From Candidatus Jordarchaeia archaeon (GTDB lineage Archaea > Asgardarchaeota > Jordiarchaeia > Jordiarchaeales > Jordiarchaeaceae), in assembly GCA_029856435.1 (NCBI GenBank), contig JAHQXB010000075.1, positions 1-64,000 on the forward strand: DNA of 64,000 nucleotides, written 5' to 3'. Of the stretch, positions 40,372 through 50,731 are shown piece after piece. Both the position numbers and the translations under genes were made by a program. A model generated the notes under the pieces. The model made no database searches, was not told the origin of the DNA, and was given only the letters and a program-made list of their open reading frames with translations. The first letter of the stretch is position 1; every line of letters starts with the position of its first letter.

Positions 40372-41907
40372 ATGTTTAAAACATCTTTCGACTTTATATT
40401 GGGTAGAAAAACTAAAGAGGATTTGCCCTACGTGGCCTCTTTATCTTTTGAAGAGTTGGGAAAGCCGAAAGAAGTCATTGTGGGAAAGCCTATTCAGTGC
40501 CAGAGATGTGGTGGTGTTTTAACAGACCCCCAAAGCATAAAGAAGGATCCCAAAATTGGAACACACTTTGTGTGCGCCTTTTGTGGAACATTAAACTTGG
40601 TTGACCCCAAAGATTTACCCAGCCACCTAATGGAAGATGTGGACTTCATCATAGAAGAAGCTATGGAAATTAAGACCACTAAACCCGAAGTAACAGGCGA
40701 CAATATTGTAGCAGTGATAGATATTTCAGGCTCAATGTCTGGAGGAAAACTGGAAGCAGTCAAGAGAAGCTTGACAGAAACTATCAAAGATCTTAAGGTT
40801 AACGCTCCACAAACCAAATTTGGATTAATCGCCTTCGAATCCCAAGTATACCTAATCAATTTTAAAGGTGGAAAAACCCTAACAGTATCGGGTGATGACC
40901 TACACTCACAGGAAAAAGTGGCAGAAAAGTTCAGTCGAGCAAATTATGACTTCCTAGACGTAGAAAAAACAGCAAGCAAATGGATAGAAACACTGTCCAA
41001 ACTTGAACCAATGAATAACACCGCCCTAGGACCCGGACTCCTTGGAGGATACACCCTCCTCAAAATGAGAGGAGGGGGACGCCTACTTCTGCTCACAGAC
41101 GGCTTAGCGAACACCGGGTTCGGAAGCCTTGAAAGCCCAAGTACCACGGGAAAGAATTTTTACAAAGAGATTGCGGAAAGCTGCAAGTACAATAACATAA
41201 TAGTGGACGTAGTGGGAGTACGTGAGGAAGCAGCTGAGAGCAGATTGGCGTTAAAAACCTTGGGAGACTTGGCTCTGGAAACCGGAGGAGACATCTACTA
41301 CGTGACTATGCAAGAAATTGAGAGAACATTTGCCGACATCCGAGGTAAAGGCTACATAGCTCGAGAAGTGGAGGTAAAGATGCTTACTCCACCAAGCCTA
41401 AAAATTGTAGATGTAACCGGAACAGCTTATGAAACACCAAAACCAGAAGAGCCCATCCGACTAGGAGGAGTAACAGAGGACAGAGAGATTTACTTCGAAA
41501 TGCAAACCTCCAAAGAAGTGAAGGAAGAAGAGGTCCCAATCCAAGCACAAATCCAGTATGTAGACCCTCAAGGAAGAAGACACCTGAGAGTAGTTACAAA
41601 AAAGGTCAAAAAAACTGAAGACGAGAAACAGTTTACAAAAACTTACAATCCCAAAATTACGGGAGCGATGAGGGTACAGCAGGCAGGAAGAGCCGCCTAC
41701 CAAGGAAAAGCAGAAAAAGCCAAGGAAATAATAGGGAAATATCAGAAACAGATAGCAGCAGCGCCCATGGCACCAGAAGCTAAGGTTGTTGCCAATGTTC
41801 TGCAAAAGGAACTCAATGAATTAGTGGCAAAAGCTGAATCTGAAGACGAAGCCGCTGTCCAAAGCGCCAAGAAAATAAGGGTCAGCGGAAAGAAACTCTT
41901 CGAGTAA
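40372..41907 (+). CDS. Sec23/Sec24-like protein (Zn finger + VWA + beta-sandwich)
   Basis: PIQCQRC...FVCAFCGTLN; MIDAS DISGS, T, LTDG; IQAQIQYVDPQGRRHLRVVT. Confidence 0.75.
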   Translation: MFKTSFDFILGRKTKEDLPYVASLSFEELGKPKEVIVGKPIQCQRCGGVLTDPQSIKKDPKIGTHFVCAFCGTLNLVDPKDLPSHLMEDVDFIIEEAMEIKTTKPEVTGDNIVAVIDISGSMSGGKLEAVKRSLTETIKDLKVNAPQTKFGLIAFESQVYLINFKGGKTLTVSGDDLHSQEKVAEKFSRANYDFLDVEKTASKWIETLSKLEPMNNTALGPGLLGGYTLLKMRGGGRLLLLTDGLANTGFGSLESPSTTGKNFYKEIAESCKYNNIIVDVVGVREEAAESRLALKTLGDLALETGGDIYYVTMQEIERTFADIRGKGYIAREVEVKMLTPPSLKIVDVTGTAYETPKPEEPIRLGGVTEDREIYFEMQTSKEVKEEEVPIQAQIQYVDPQGRRHLRVVTKKVKKTEDEKQFTKTYNPKITGAMRVQQAGRAAYQGKAEKAKEIIGKYQKQIAAAPMAPEAKVVANVLQKELNELVAKAESEDEAAVQSAKKIRVSGKKLFE

Positions 41908-41970
41908 CAGAAGTAGGTTGAAGGGTAATACTCCTCTTTTCTTTTTTCTCTTTTTTGTTGGGAGGAGTAG

Positions 41971-42786
41971 TTAGTCAGTTTTCTTTTTTCTCTCAAGGAA
42001 TTCTTTAACCCTTCTTTTATTCTCTTCTGTGGTAAGACACAAGCTTTGTAGTGTCATTTCATAGTCTAGTGCCTGTTCCATGTTTAAGTTCAGAGACTCG
42101 TTAACAGCTTTCTTTGCAACTCCCAATGCTCTGGCGGGCATTTGTGCCAACTCCTTCGCAAAGCTCATCACTGTAGATTCTAACTCTTCTGGGGGAACCA
42201 CCCTGTTTACGAGGCCCAGCTGCTCTGCCTCCCTAGCATCTATAATTCGGCCCGTGAAAAAGAGTTCCTTTGCCTTGTGAATTCCCACTATTCTTGGGAG
42301 CAGATAGCTTCCTCCTCCATCGGGACCCAGTCCCACCCTGATGAAAACTTCTCCGAAACGAGCATTCTCAGAAGCAATCACAATGTCACAGGCGAGAGCT
42401 ATGTTGCAGGACGCTCCAGTGGCTGGACCGTTTACCGCTGCAATGATTGGTTTTTCCATGTTCCATATGGTGGAAACTATGGTTTTCACACCCTTCTGAA
42501 GTTTTCTTCTAAGTTCTAGGGGGTCGATTTTGTGGTACACGTCCTGCATCTGTTTTATGTCCCCACCCGCACTAAAGGCTCGGCCCGCACCAGTAATTAC
42601 TATGACTTTGACACTATCATCATGGTCCAGCTCTCTTAGCGCGGAGATAATTTCTAGATTCATAGGCTCATATAAAGCGTTTAATGTTTCGGGACGATTC
42701 AATGTAATTTTTGCTACGCCGTCCATTTTTTCAACGATAATATGGTTGTAGCTAATTTTCTTCACCACCAAACACCATTGACACAA
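41971..42786 (-). CDS. Enoyl-CoA hydratase/isomerase family
   Basis: ITLNRPETLNA, AFSAGGDI, AAVNGPATG, GPDGGG; start uncertain (GTG ~42768 or ATG 42726). Confidence 0.9.
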   Translation of the reverse strand: MCQWCLVVKKISYNHIIVEKMDGVAKITLNRPETLNALYEPMNLEIISALRELDHDDSVKVIVITGAGRAFSAGGDIKQMQDVYHKIDPLELRRKLQKGVKTIVSTIWNMEKPIIAAVNGPATGASCNIALACDIVIASENARFGEVFIRVGLGPDGGGSYLLPRIVGIHKAKELFFTGRIIDAREAEQLGLVNRVVPPEELESTVMSFAKELAQMPARALGVAKKAVNESLNLNMEQALDYEMTLQSLCLTTEENKRRVKEFLERKKKTD

Positions 42787-42940
42787 TCACCTAATAATTG
42801 TTAAACATCTTAATCAAAATATCCTTAATTTAAGCACTTTCAATATTTTGGGTCAAAATTTTAGTTAGAAATTTTTTGGCGAAGTTTTTTAAACTATAAT
42901 ATGCGTTATTTTAGTTTATAGAGTTTTGAAGAGGTTTTTT

Positions 42941-44629
42941 ATGGTTCAATTAAATTTGGGTAAAGCAATAGTTGAGATGTTTAAGAGACACAAGGTGGAA
43001 TATGTTTTCGGACTAGTGGGAACAGCGGTTAGCAGACTAATCTACGAGCTGGGTAAGGACGAAAGCATAAACTACATAGTTACCAGACACGAGCAAACGG
43101 CGGCAAGCATGGCTGACGGTTATGCGCGAGTTACAGGCAAAGTCGGGGTTTGCCAAACAACTGCTGGGCCTGGAACGTTAAATGCGGTTCTAAGTGTAGC
43201 AGATGCCTACAAAGACGGCTCTCCCATAATTTTGATAACTGGACAGGTTAGGTCAGACTTCATTGGTAGGGATGTTTTTGACGAAGTGGATCAAATAGCT
43301 ATTTTTAAGCCTATAACAAAATGGCAGCAGAGGATAATGAAGATTGAGGATGTGCCCCGCATAATATCTAACGCCTTTTATTTGGCTCGAAGTGGTAGAC
43401 CCGGCCCAGTATTTTTAGAGGTTCCAGAAAACCTGTGGGACAATTCGGGAGAAGTAAATCTAAACTATCAAATTAAAGCCAGCCGAAGTTATGTGGCTTC
43501 AGGCATGATTGAGGAGGCTGTGGATCTTCTTCTAAAAGCGGATTCCCCCCTCATTTTAGCTGGTGCTGGTGTGATGTGGTCTGAAGCTTGGGAGGAACTC
43601 AGAATCCTAGCTGAAACCCTTGAGATACCCGTAGTAACTACGGGCAACGGGAGAGGAGTCATCCCCGAAGATCACACCCTCTCATTTGGTATGGCTGGAA
43701 GCTATGGTGGGAAAGCTGCGGCTGATTACGCGTTGGCCAAAGCAGATTTGGTACTTGCTGTTGGAGCAAGTGTCTCTGTAAATACCATGTACTTTATGAA
43801 TAATCCCATTACAGGCCAACTCATCCACATAAATATGGACCCCACAGTTATAGGGAAAAATTATCCCTGCAGACTGGGAATAGTGGGAGACGCGAAACTG
43901 GTACTCTCAGAAATGCTAAAAATATTAAAACAGAAAAGGTTCACCAAGAGAACCGCCTCATGGATTTCAGAGTTAGAAAATAAGAGGAGAGAATGGGTAG
44001 AAAAGTGGCACACACAAAACAGGTCAGATGCAGTGCCCATAAAGCCCCAGAGACTATTAACTGACATGCGCGAGGTAATTCCGAGAGACGCCATAATAAC
44101 AATAGGTTCAGGCAATCATCACGCTTTTGCAGCAGAGTATTTTCCAGTCTACTATCCTCGTACTCAGATATCCGCTTTTAACTTTGCCGCAATGGCCTTC
44201 GCCTTCCCAGCAGCACTAGGCGCAAAAGTGGCCAAACCAGACAAACCGGTAATCTGCATCATCGGCGAAGGAGATTTCATGATGACCGTACAGGACCTTG
44301 AAACAGCGGTCAGGGAAGAACTAAACGTGGTCTCAGTAATTCTCAACAACGGATGTTACGGGACTCCCAAACTATTCCAAAAAGCAGTGTATGGTGAAGC
44401 CTATGGCTGCGACTATGGCAATCCCAGTCTAGCCAAACTAGCAGAAGTTTTTGGCGCTTGTGGCTGGACTGTGGAACGCCCAAGCGAAATAAAAGACACG
44501 GTCAGAGAAGCCTTAAACTGCGGAAAACCAGCCATAATCGATGTACCAATAGACCCAAATGAAATAATACCCATAAACCTAGAAGCACACCTGGGACTGA
44601 CTAAACTCCCCCAAAAAAGAATAGTTTAA
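42941..44629 (+). CDS. ThDP-binding protein (acetolactate synthase large subunit-like)
   Basis: RHEQTAASMADGYAR, GPG, GRPGPV, GEGDF..NNGCYG. Confidence 0.9.
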   Translation: MVQLNLGKAIVEMFKRHKVEYVFGLVGTAVSRLIYELGKDESINYIVTRHEQTAASMADGYARVTGKVGVCQTTAGPGTLNAVLSVADAYKDGSPIILITGQVRSDFIGRDVFDEVDQIAIFKPITKWQQRIMKIEDVPRIISNAFYLARSGRPGPVFLEVPENLWDNSGEVNLNYQIKASRSYVASGMIEEAVDLLLKADSPLILAGAGVMWSEAWEELRILAETLEIPVVTTGNGRGVIPEDHTLSFGMAGSYGGKAAADYALAKADLVLAVGASVSVNTMYFMNNPITGQLIHINMDPTVIGKNYPCRLGIVGDAKLVLSEMLKILKQKRFTKRTASWISELENKRREWVEKWHTQNRSDAVPIKPQRLLTDMREVIPRDAIITIGSGNHHAFAAEYFPVYYPRTQISAFNFAAMAFAFPAALGAKVAKPDKPVICIIGEGDFMMTVQDLETAVREELNVVSVILNNGCYGTPKLFQKAVYGEAYGCDYGNPSLAKLAEVFGACGWTVERPSEIKDTVREALNCGKPAIIDVPIDPNEIIPINLEAHLGLTKLPQKRIV

Positions 44630-44935
44630 CACCATTCCCCAACTTTTACCACTAGAATACCCTCCCACAGCCACAGGATTCACAGAGATATAAAACCATC
44701 ACAATAAAGGGGACAAAAGAAAAGGGGACAAAAGAAAAAGTACTACAAAATAACTAGGAGGGCGCTGCATCAGAAAATCCATTCCACAATCCTAGCAGAT
44801 AGACATTAGTCTATACAGATTTCCCAAGCAGGCTTATAAAATTTTCATTCACTCTTAGTCTTCACCCTTTTAGGAGACAGGTTTTCAATATTTAACTTAG
44901 ATTAGTCTCCTTTTTGCAGACAAAGAATAAAAATT

Positions 44936-46255
44936 TTATTTTTTCGTTTTCATCCATTCTGTCTTTTTCTCTCTGGGTTCACCGAAGGGGTTCTCATATT
45001 TTTCCATGTTTTCGGCAATTTTGAGGTGGGGCGGGACTCCATAACCCTGCTCTACTGCTATTGCTCTCAGTCTTTCAAGCATACCCGCTACATCTATTCT
45101 ACCAGGGCACAATTCTATGCAGGCTTTGCATCCAACACACATAAATAGTCCGTTTCTCACAGCAGCCTCAATGCCCTCGGAGAAAGCGCTTCGCACAATG
45201 CCTATGCCTCCTTTAACCGCCTCTGAGCCATAGGCGAGCCCACCAGCCAGAACCGCTGTGCAAGCAAAGAAGCAGGCACTACAGTTGGTACAGTATAGTA
45301 GTTCTTCGAACCCCGCATTTTTGGCTCTGGTTCTCCAATCATCAACCAGAACCACATGGACTTCTTGGGCTCCATGCATGCCCAAAACGTTTATTCCTTG
45401 GAGATCTGCTGTTCTTGACGGCCCCTTTATGAAGGATGTGTAGGTTCCGGTGATTTCCAGGTATTGTTCCATGCTTTTGATAATTGTGGTTGCGCTTTCC
45501 CAGTCAGGTACAATCTTGTCTATGCCTGCGACCGCTATGTGTTTGTCGGCTAGGCGTGTTATGAGGCTAATGTTTCCTTCGTTTTCTATTAGTCCTATTA
45601 TGCCGTCTTCGGCTCCTATGGCGTTGGCCCCTGTGAGGCAGATTTTGCCCTGGAGCATTTTTTCACGCATGTTGGCGCGGGCTGCTTGGCGTATGGGTTC
45701 GAAGTCAGGCTTTACTTCGTATCCAACTTCTTTGGTGAAAACTTCTGCGACCTTGGTGAGGGGTATGTGTACTCCTGGGCCTACTGGGAGGCTTGGTTCT
45801 TCGCCGCTTAGCTGTATTATTCTGTCTCCCAGGTCGGTTTCGATTACCGTTATTCCCTTTTCTTCTAGGGCTTTTATTATTCCGCACTCCTTGGCGGTGG
45901 TGGATTTGGATTTTGTTATTAGGTCGACTCCCTCAGTTTCCTTTAACACGTATTTTTTGGCGTCTTCAGCGGTTTTGGCAAGGAATACTTGGCAATTGTT
46001 TTTCTCAAGGTTTTCTTTGGCGATTTTTACCAGCTCGTCCAAGTTTTTGATTGAGTATTCCTTTATTTGTCTGTACTTTTCGCTGAGCTTTTTTAGTTTG
46101 GGCATTTTCTTCATTATCTGCTCATACTTGAAGTTTAGTCCGAACTCGAAGAAGTCCATGACTGGCTTGTTTTGAACCGCTTTCTTTATCCTTTCTTGAA
46201 CATATGTGTGAGCTTCCTTGGACATTTCCAAACACCTCAACATACGGCTTTCCAA
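44936..46255 (-). CDS. LutB-like LUD domain + 4Fe-4S protein
   Basis: KSKSTTAKE, ETDLGDRI, ENEGNI, GPSRTAD, CTNCSACFFAC, CVGCKACIELCP. Confidence 0.85.
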   Translation of the reverse strand: MESRMLRCLEMSKEAHTYVQERIKKAVQNKPVMDFFEFGLNFKYEQIMKKMPKLKKLSEKYRQIKEYSIKNLDELVKIAKENLEKNNCQVFLAKTAEDAKKYVLKETEGVDLITKSKSTTAKECGIIKALEEKGITVIETDLGDRIIQLSGEEPSLPVGPGVHIPLTKVAEVFTKEVGYEVKPDFEPIRQAARANMREKMLQGKICLTGANAIGAEDGIIGLIENEGNISLITRLADKHIAVAGIDKIVPDWESATTIIKSMEQYLEITGTYTSFIKGPSRTADLQGINVLGMHGAQEVHVVLVDDWRTRAKNAGFEELLYCTNCSACFFACTAVLAGGLAYGSEAVKGGIGIVRSAFSEGIEAAVRNGLFMCVGCKACIELCPGRIDVAGMLERLRAIAVEQGYGVPPHLKIAENMEKYENPFGEPREKKTEWMKTKK

Positions 46256-46962
46256 ACTATCTCTGGCAAATCCAGCACCTCAACATCAACTTTCATTCGC
46301 TCCGCCGCATTTGCCAAAGACAGGTTACAGAAGGGACAAGCGGTGACCAGAATTCTCCCCTGTTGCCTTAATACATCGTTTATCCTTTTTTCGCTTGAGC
46401 GTTCAGTGTTTTCTCGGTAAGCAGACATCACACCTCCACCAGCCCCGCAGCACTTCGCATCTACTCTGGAACGAATTAAATCGAAGAACTCTATTCCCGG
46501 TATCGCCCTAATAACTTCCCGGGGCTCATCATATACTCCGCAGTGCCTTGCCAAGTGACATGGGTCATGATAAGTCACCTTCATTGGGAGGGGATTCTTG
46601 AAAACCAGCTTTCGTGCATCCTTTAATTCTTTTAGAAACTGTGAAATGTGTCTTACTTCCAGATTAAAGCTAGGATCAATGTTGGGATAGTCACAGGTGA
46701 AGGCCCTGTAGCACCCCGGACAAAAAGTTAAAATCTCATCAACTCCCTTGGATTTGAAGTATGCCAGATTTTTGTGCACTCTTTTTTTCGCGGCTTCTAA
46801 TTGCCCAGTTCTAAAGAGGAAACCACCACAGCAGGGCTCGTCATTTAAAATTTTATATACGACGCCACACTTATCCAGAATATTTTTTGTGGCGGTAACT
46901 ATGTTTGGCCTGCGATAAGGGGACATACAACCCATAAAAAGAATAGTCTCACCCATATTCAT
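46237..46962 (-). CDS. Two-CCG-domain Fe-S protein (LutA/HdrB-like)
   Basis: FMGC..PCCG..FCPGC; YHDPCHL..KCCGAGGG..ACPFC; overlaps lutB-like start. Confidence 0.85.
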   Translation of the reverse strand: MNMGETILFMGCMSPYRRPNIVTATKNILDKCGVVYKILNDEPCCGGFLFRTGQLEAAKKRVHKNLAYFKSKGVDEILTFCPGCYRAFTCDYPNIDPSFNLEVRHISQFLKELKDARKLVFKNPLPMKVTYHDPCHLARHCGVYDEPREVIRAIPGIEFFDLIRSRVDAKCCGAGGGVMSAYRENTERSSEKRINDVLRQQGRILVTACPFCNLSLANAAERMKVDVEVLDLPEIVWKAVC

Positions 46963-47313
46963 CCCGCATAATGGTCATACCTAAATTATATTCAAGATAA
47001 GTAGTTTAAAATATATATATTTCCACCAAAAATGGGAGGATTTTGGTGTAGGTTAAATAGTCTAATATGGTATGGAAGGAGAAATGAACGCCCTCTAAAT
47101 AAATTTTATCTTGGCTGTTTTGATGTTACTTCGCTGTTACGAGGATAGTATATAAACTTAAGAGGAAAGTAAAACTTTAGAATGTTGGGCTTTAAATACT
47201 TAAAAATCCTTTAAAAATACCTGCTCATAGTTAAGGTTTAAGGGTGCATAAAGATTATAAGGGCGTGAATCAAATTTTATAGCAAAATTACAAAATTATA
47301 ATGAGGGCGGAAG

Positions 47314-47577
47314 ATGTTGACAAAACCCCTATTCCAAAACCTAAGCGAATTGTTAAACCGCATAGACGAGGGGAAAATAGAGGACGTCCACAAATGCCTG
47401 GAACGCTGCTGGAAGGAATTCTACATACTAGAAAAAAACCCAGAAATCCCAAGTGAGGACTTCCAAAAAATGCGAAAACTGTTAGAAGAAATAACAGTAG
47501 CCATAGAAGCCTACGAGGCCGGAGCAATCACCGTAAAAGAATTCAACAGAATAAAAATCAAAGTCTTTGAAAAATAA
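47314..47577 (+). CDS. Hypothetical helical protein with SHOCT-like C-terminus
   Basis: 87 aa; GAITVKEFNRIK. Confidence 0.55.
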   Translation: MLTKPLFQNLSELLNRIDEGKIEDVHKCLERCWKEFYILEKNPEIPSEDFQKMRKLLEEITVAIEAYEAGAITVKEFNRIKIKVFEK

Positions 47578-47658
47578 AGGACAGTCATCCACCATCCAAA
47601 TCTATAAACATAAATAGTTAGTTAGAATCAAAAAAATAAATAATAAGAAATAGGCGGT

Positions 47659-48759
47659 TTATTTAGCCTTATATTTTTCTATGGCTTCCCAGTCCAATTC
47701 CACACCCAACCCTGGTTCCTGGGGCACAACAGCGTATCCATCCTCAAGCTTTATCGGTGTCTTTAGGAGGTAGAATTCGTCGGGATAGAAGGGAAACTCC
47801 ATCCAATCCGAATTGTAACTTGATGCAATCACGTGGATATTTGCCGCCATTATAAGTCCGAAGCCGAAAATGTGGGGGATTGCACGCACGCCGAACGCCT
47901 CAGCCAAAGCGCAGATTTTTTTCACTTGCAGTATTCCCCCGCTTCTGGTGGCGTCTGGCTGAATTATGTCATATGCCTCAGCCTCCAGAATCTCTCTGAA
48001 TCGCCGCAACCCGAAATCGTTTTCCCCGCCAGCGATTTCCACATTGGATCTGGCGCGGAGCTCCGAAAGCCCTCTCAAATTATCGGAAGGTAAGGGTTCC
48101 TCCAGCCAAATCACATCGTATGTTTCACAAATGTTTGCCAGCTCAGACGCTTCCTTAGCTGATTCGTAGGCAGAGTTAACATCAACCATAATCCCCAGGT
48201 CTGGGTATTCCTCCCTAACTGCTTTGATTATTTCCTCGTCCTTGGCAAGACCCTCCCCAATTCTGAGCTTTACTGCTTTAAACCCCTTCTGAACCGCAGC
48301 TTTAGCCATACCCACGGCCGCTTTTGGAGCCAGGGCGAAGGCGAAACTAGCATAGGCTTTAATTCTGTCCCGATAACCTCCCAGCAGTTTGTAAACCGGT
48401 TTTTTTAGACTTTTGCCGATGATGTCCCATAGTGCTACCTCAACTGCGCTAATGGATTGACCAACCCCGAACAGAATCCTCCAGCTGTTGTTGTACATTT
48501 CCCTCCAAATTTCCTCAATCATGAAGGGGTCCTTGCCCACAACCATTTTTGATAGTGCGCCCTCAATAAATTTTACCTGAGTCTCATCGCTGAGAGAAAA
48601 GTGGCTCAAACCGTAGCCCTCGATTCCCTCATCCGTTTTAACCGTCACAAGAGTTCCCGAAGCATTGATGCGAGGCATCGAACCAATTTTAATGCTAAAA
48701 GGAAGCCTTAACACCTCAGCTTTAACTTCTGTAACCTTCATCTCAACTAACACTCCCAT
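47659..48759 (-). CDS. Mandelate racemase/muconate lactonizing enzyme family
   Basis: AVEVALWDIIGK, MVDVN, WLEEP, GGEN, IIQPDATRSGGI, PH. Confidence 0.9.
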   Translation of the reverse strand: MGVLVEMKVTEVKAEVLRLPFSIKIGSMPRINASGTLVTVKTDEGIEGYGLSHFSLSDETQVKFIEGALSKMVVGKDPFMIEEIWREMYNNSWRILFGVGQSISAVEVALWDIIGKSLKKPVYKLLGGYRDRIKAYASFAFALAPKAAVGMAKAAVQKGFKAVKLRIGEGLAKDEEIIKAVREEYPDLGIMVDVNSAYESAKEASELANICETYDVIWLEEPLPSDNLRGLSELRARSNVEIAGGENDFGLRRFREILEAEAYDIIQPDATRSGGILQVKKICALAEAFGVRAIPHIFGFGLIMAANIHVIASSYNSDWMEFPFYPDEFYLLKTPIKLEDGYAVVPQEPGLGVELDWEAIEKYKAK

Positions 48760-49306
48760 ACTTTAAACATAATAGACACCCTTCCCCCATATAACTCTTA
48801 GCACACCACAAATGCACCTAAAAAATCTGAAAAAAAATAACCCGATAACCGTCAGAGTTAAAGAAAAAGTGCTCACACAAAATTTTAACTTACAAAAACA
48901 CTCCACCATAGAGCATACCCTTATTTTAATTCAGACTTCCCAGCGTGAAAAACCTGTAACCTCACCTAGCTGAGTATGAAGCCCACACCAAAAGGTAAAC
49001 AAAATTTAAGTACTAGTTATAACCAAACCTATTTTTGCGAAAAACACCACTTGCCATGAGTTGACTCGAAGTGCCTTTAAAAAAATTGTTACGATGAGTT
49101 TTTAGAAAAAGGTTTATTATGGCTCCATTTCGGAAAGGAAGATAAAAAAAGGGAGATCACACAACTAATTTTAAACAAAAATTATTGAAAACGCCAATTC
49201 GCGCCAGCATCCCTAATAGTGAGTCTTAAACACCTTGCATACACCAAAAAAAGTATATTTTTAAATAACGATGATAGTAGTATAACACTTGGAAAAGTGA
49301 GGAGTT

Positions 49307-50065
49307 ATGAGCAACTCAATTACTGCTGGAGTTTTTGGAGCATCAATAGGATTAGTGTCAACCATTGTGGGAGTTCTGTGGAGCCTTCAGTACTACGCTC
49401 TCGCTTCCCTGCACCAGACAGCTGTTACAATACAGAACATGCTCTACGTTTTCGAGGAACTTACCTTCTTTATTGGCTTTTTCCACACTCTTCAACTGAA
49501 CAGCGCCATAAGTGGCTTCTTGGGAGTTACAGCTATTCTTGCCATACTAATGCTTATAACACTAATTCTGGTGGGCTTGGGGCTCTACGGAATCGGAAAA
49601 ATAGAAGGAAAAACCATGGGCACGGTTGGCCTAGTGATTGGAATCATTGGAGCAATCCTAATCCTACTACTATTAATTATAGGAGTAGCAGCAGGCGGCA
49701 CCACACATACACTCACCTCAATTTGGGTACTTATGAATCTAAGATGGATTATTTCTATGCCCCTTAACCCGGGAAAAATTATGTTCCTTGTCCTTATGAG
49801 TGGTGTGCCTAGCGTTAGCACCCCCCTCTTGTGGCTGGGTCTTCTCGCTTTGGGAATAACAGTAATCATCTTTGGAGCCACATTCATCTTAATGAGGGAT
49901 TCACTATCCAGCCCGGGACTGGCTGTAGCGGCAGGAGTACTCTACATTATCAGTGGAATATTCCTATTCGCAGGAGTTCTAGTGCCATGGCTAGCCTTCA
50001 TCATCCTCTTCGTAAGCTTCATAATGTCAGCCCTAATATTCTTCCAATCAAGAGAACAAGCCTAA
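49307..50065 (+). CDS. Hypothetical multi-pass membrane protein, paralog 1
   Basis: About 6 TM segments; colinear with 50732 ORF (GVLWSLQYY, GLYG, GVAAGG, SGVP). Confidence 0.75.
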   Translation: MSNSITAGVFGASIGLVSTIVGVLWSLQYYALASLHQTAVTIQNMLYVFEELTFFIGFFHTLQLNSAISGFLGVTAILAILMLITLILVGLGLYGIGKIEGKTMGTVGLVIGIIGAILILLLLIIGVAAGGTTHTLTSIWVLMNLRWIISMPLNPGKIMFLVLMSGVPSVSTPLLWLGLLALGITVIIFGATFILMRDSLSSPGLAVAAGVLYIISGIFLFAGVLVPWLAFIILFVSFIMSALIFFQSREQA

Positions 50066-50552
50066 AAACAACTCCTACCCTATTTTTTATTTTTAACCGA
50101 TATTTCGCAGATTCCGCGAAGCTATTTTGGCGATTTGCTTTTCTCAAAATGGTTTGGAGATGCCTTGACGTTTATACCGATTCGACATCCACATTCTCCC
50201 AAAAAGGGGGAAGTGTCTTTATGAGAAACTCCACAACCCCACCAAAGGAATTCCAAATCCGCAAAAATGGGTTTTAAGTCTTTTAACCAGATTTGCAACC
50301 CTGATTTGATTGGGAGCTTTATCCCACAAAAGGTTCGGTGACATCGAATCAGTCCCAGAAACTAGATTACAAGAATTGCTGTATGTATTTATCTGTTGTG
50401 ATTGAATAACGGATACTGGGGCTCTAAACCTTGAAGGAGGGCTTATTTGGACTTTTCTGGCGAATGTTTCCCACATGGAAAAGAATCTAAATAGCCCTCC
50501 TCTCATGGAAAGGAGGCATATAACACCAGGTCGGCTTCCGGGAGCTAAACAT

Positions 50553-50678
50553 CATACACTAAAGCGCTTCAGACAAAGGATGAAAACCTCAAGTTTTTTT
50601 CATGGTAAACTCCCATACGCTTACGCGTTTTAGATAAAGAATGAAAACCTCAAGTTCTTCATAACAAACCTACATACG
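50553..50678. repeat. Two ~60-bp tandem imperfect repeats
   Basis: Units at 50553 (61 bp) and 50614 (59 bp) share CATAC..AGA(C/T)AAAG(G/A)ATGAAAACCTCAAGTT; third start CATACG at 50673; related units at 52355 and 52481. Confidence 0.65.
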
Positions 50679-50731
50679 AATTGCTATATTTAAAAGGGGA
50701 GAGTGGTGTTTAGGATAATGGTGAAAAAGCG

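Noticed and set aside
44706-44740. Two tandem copies of AAAGGGGACAAAAGA
   Set aside because: Simple 15-bp slippage duplication between convergent genes; no evidence of function
50553-50678. CRISPR array interpretation of the 60-bp repeats
   Set aside because: Only two full units, no repeat-spacer alternation, no cas genes in the window
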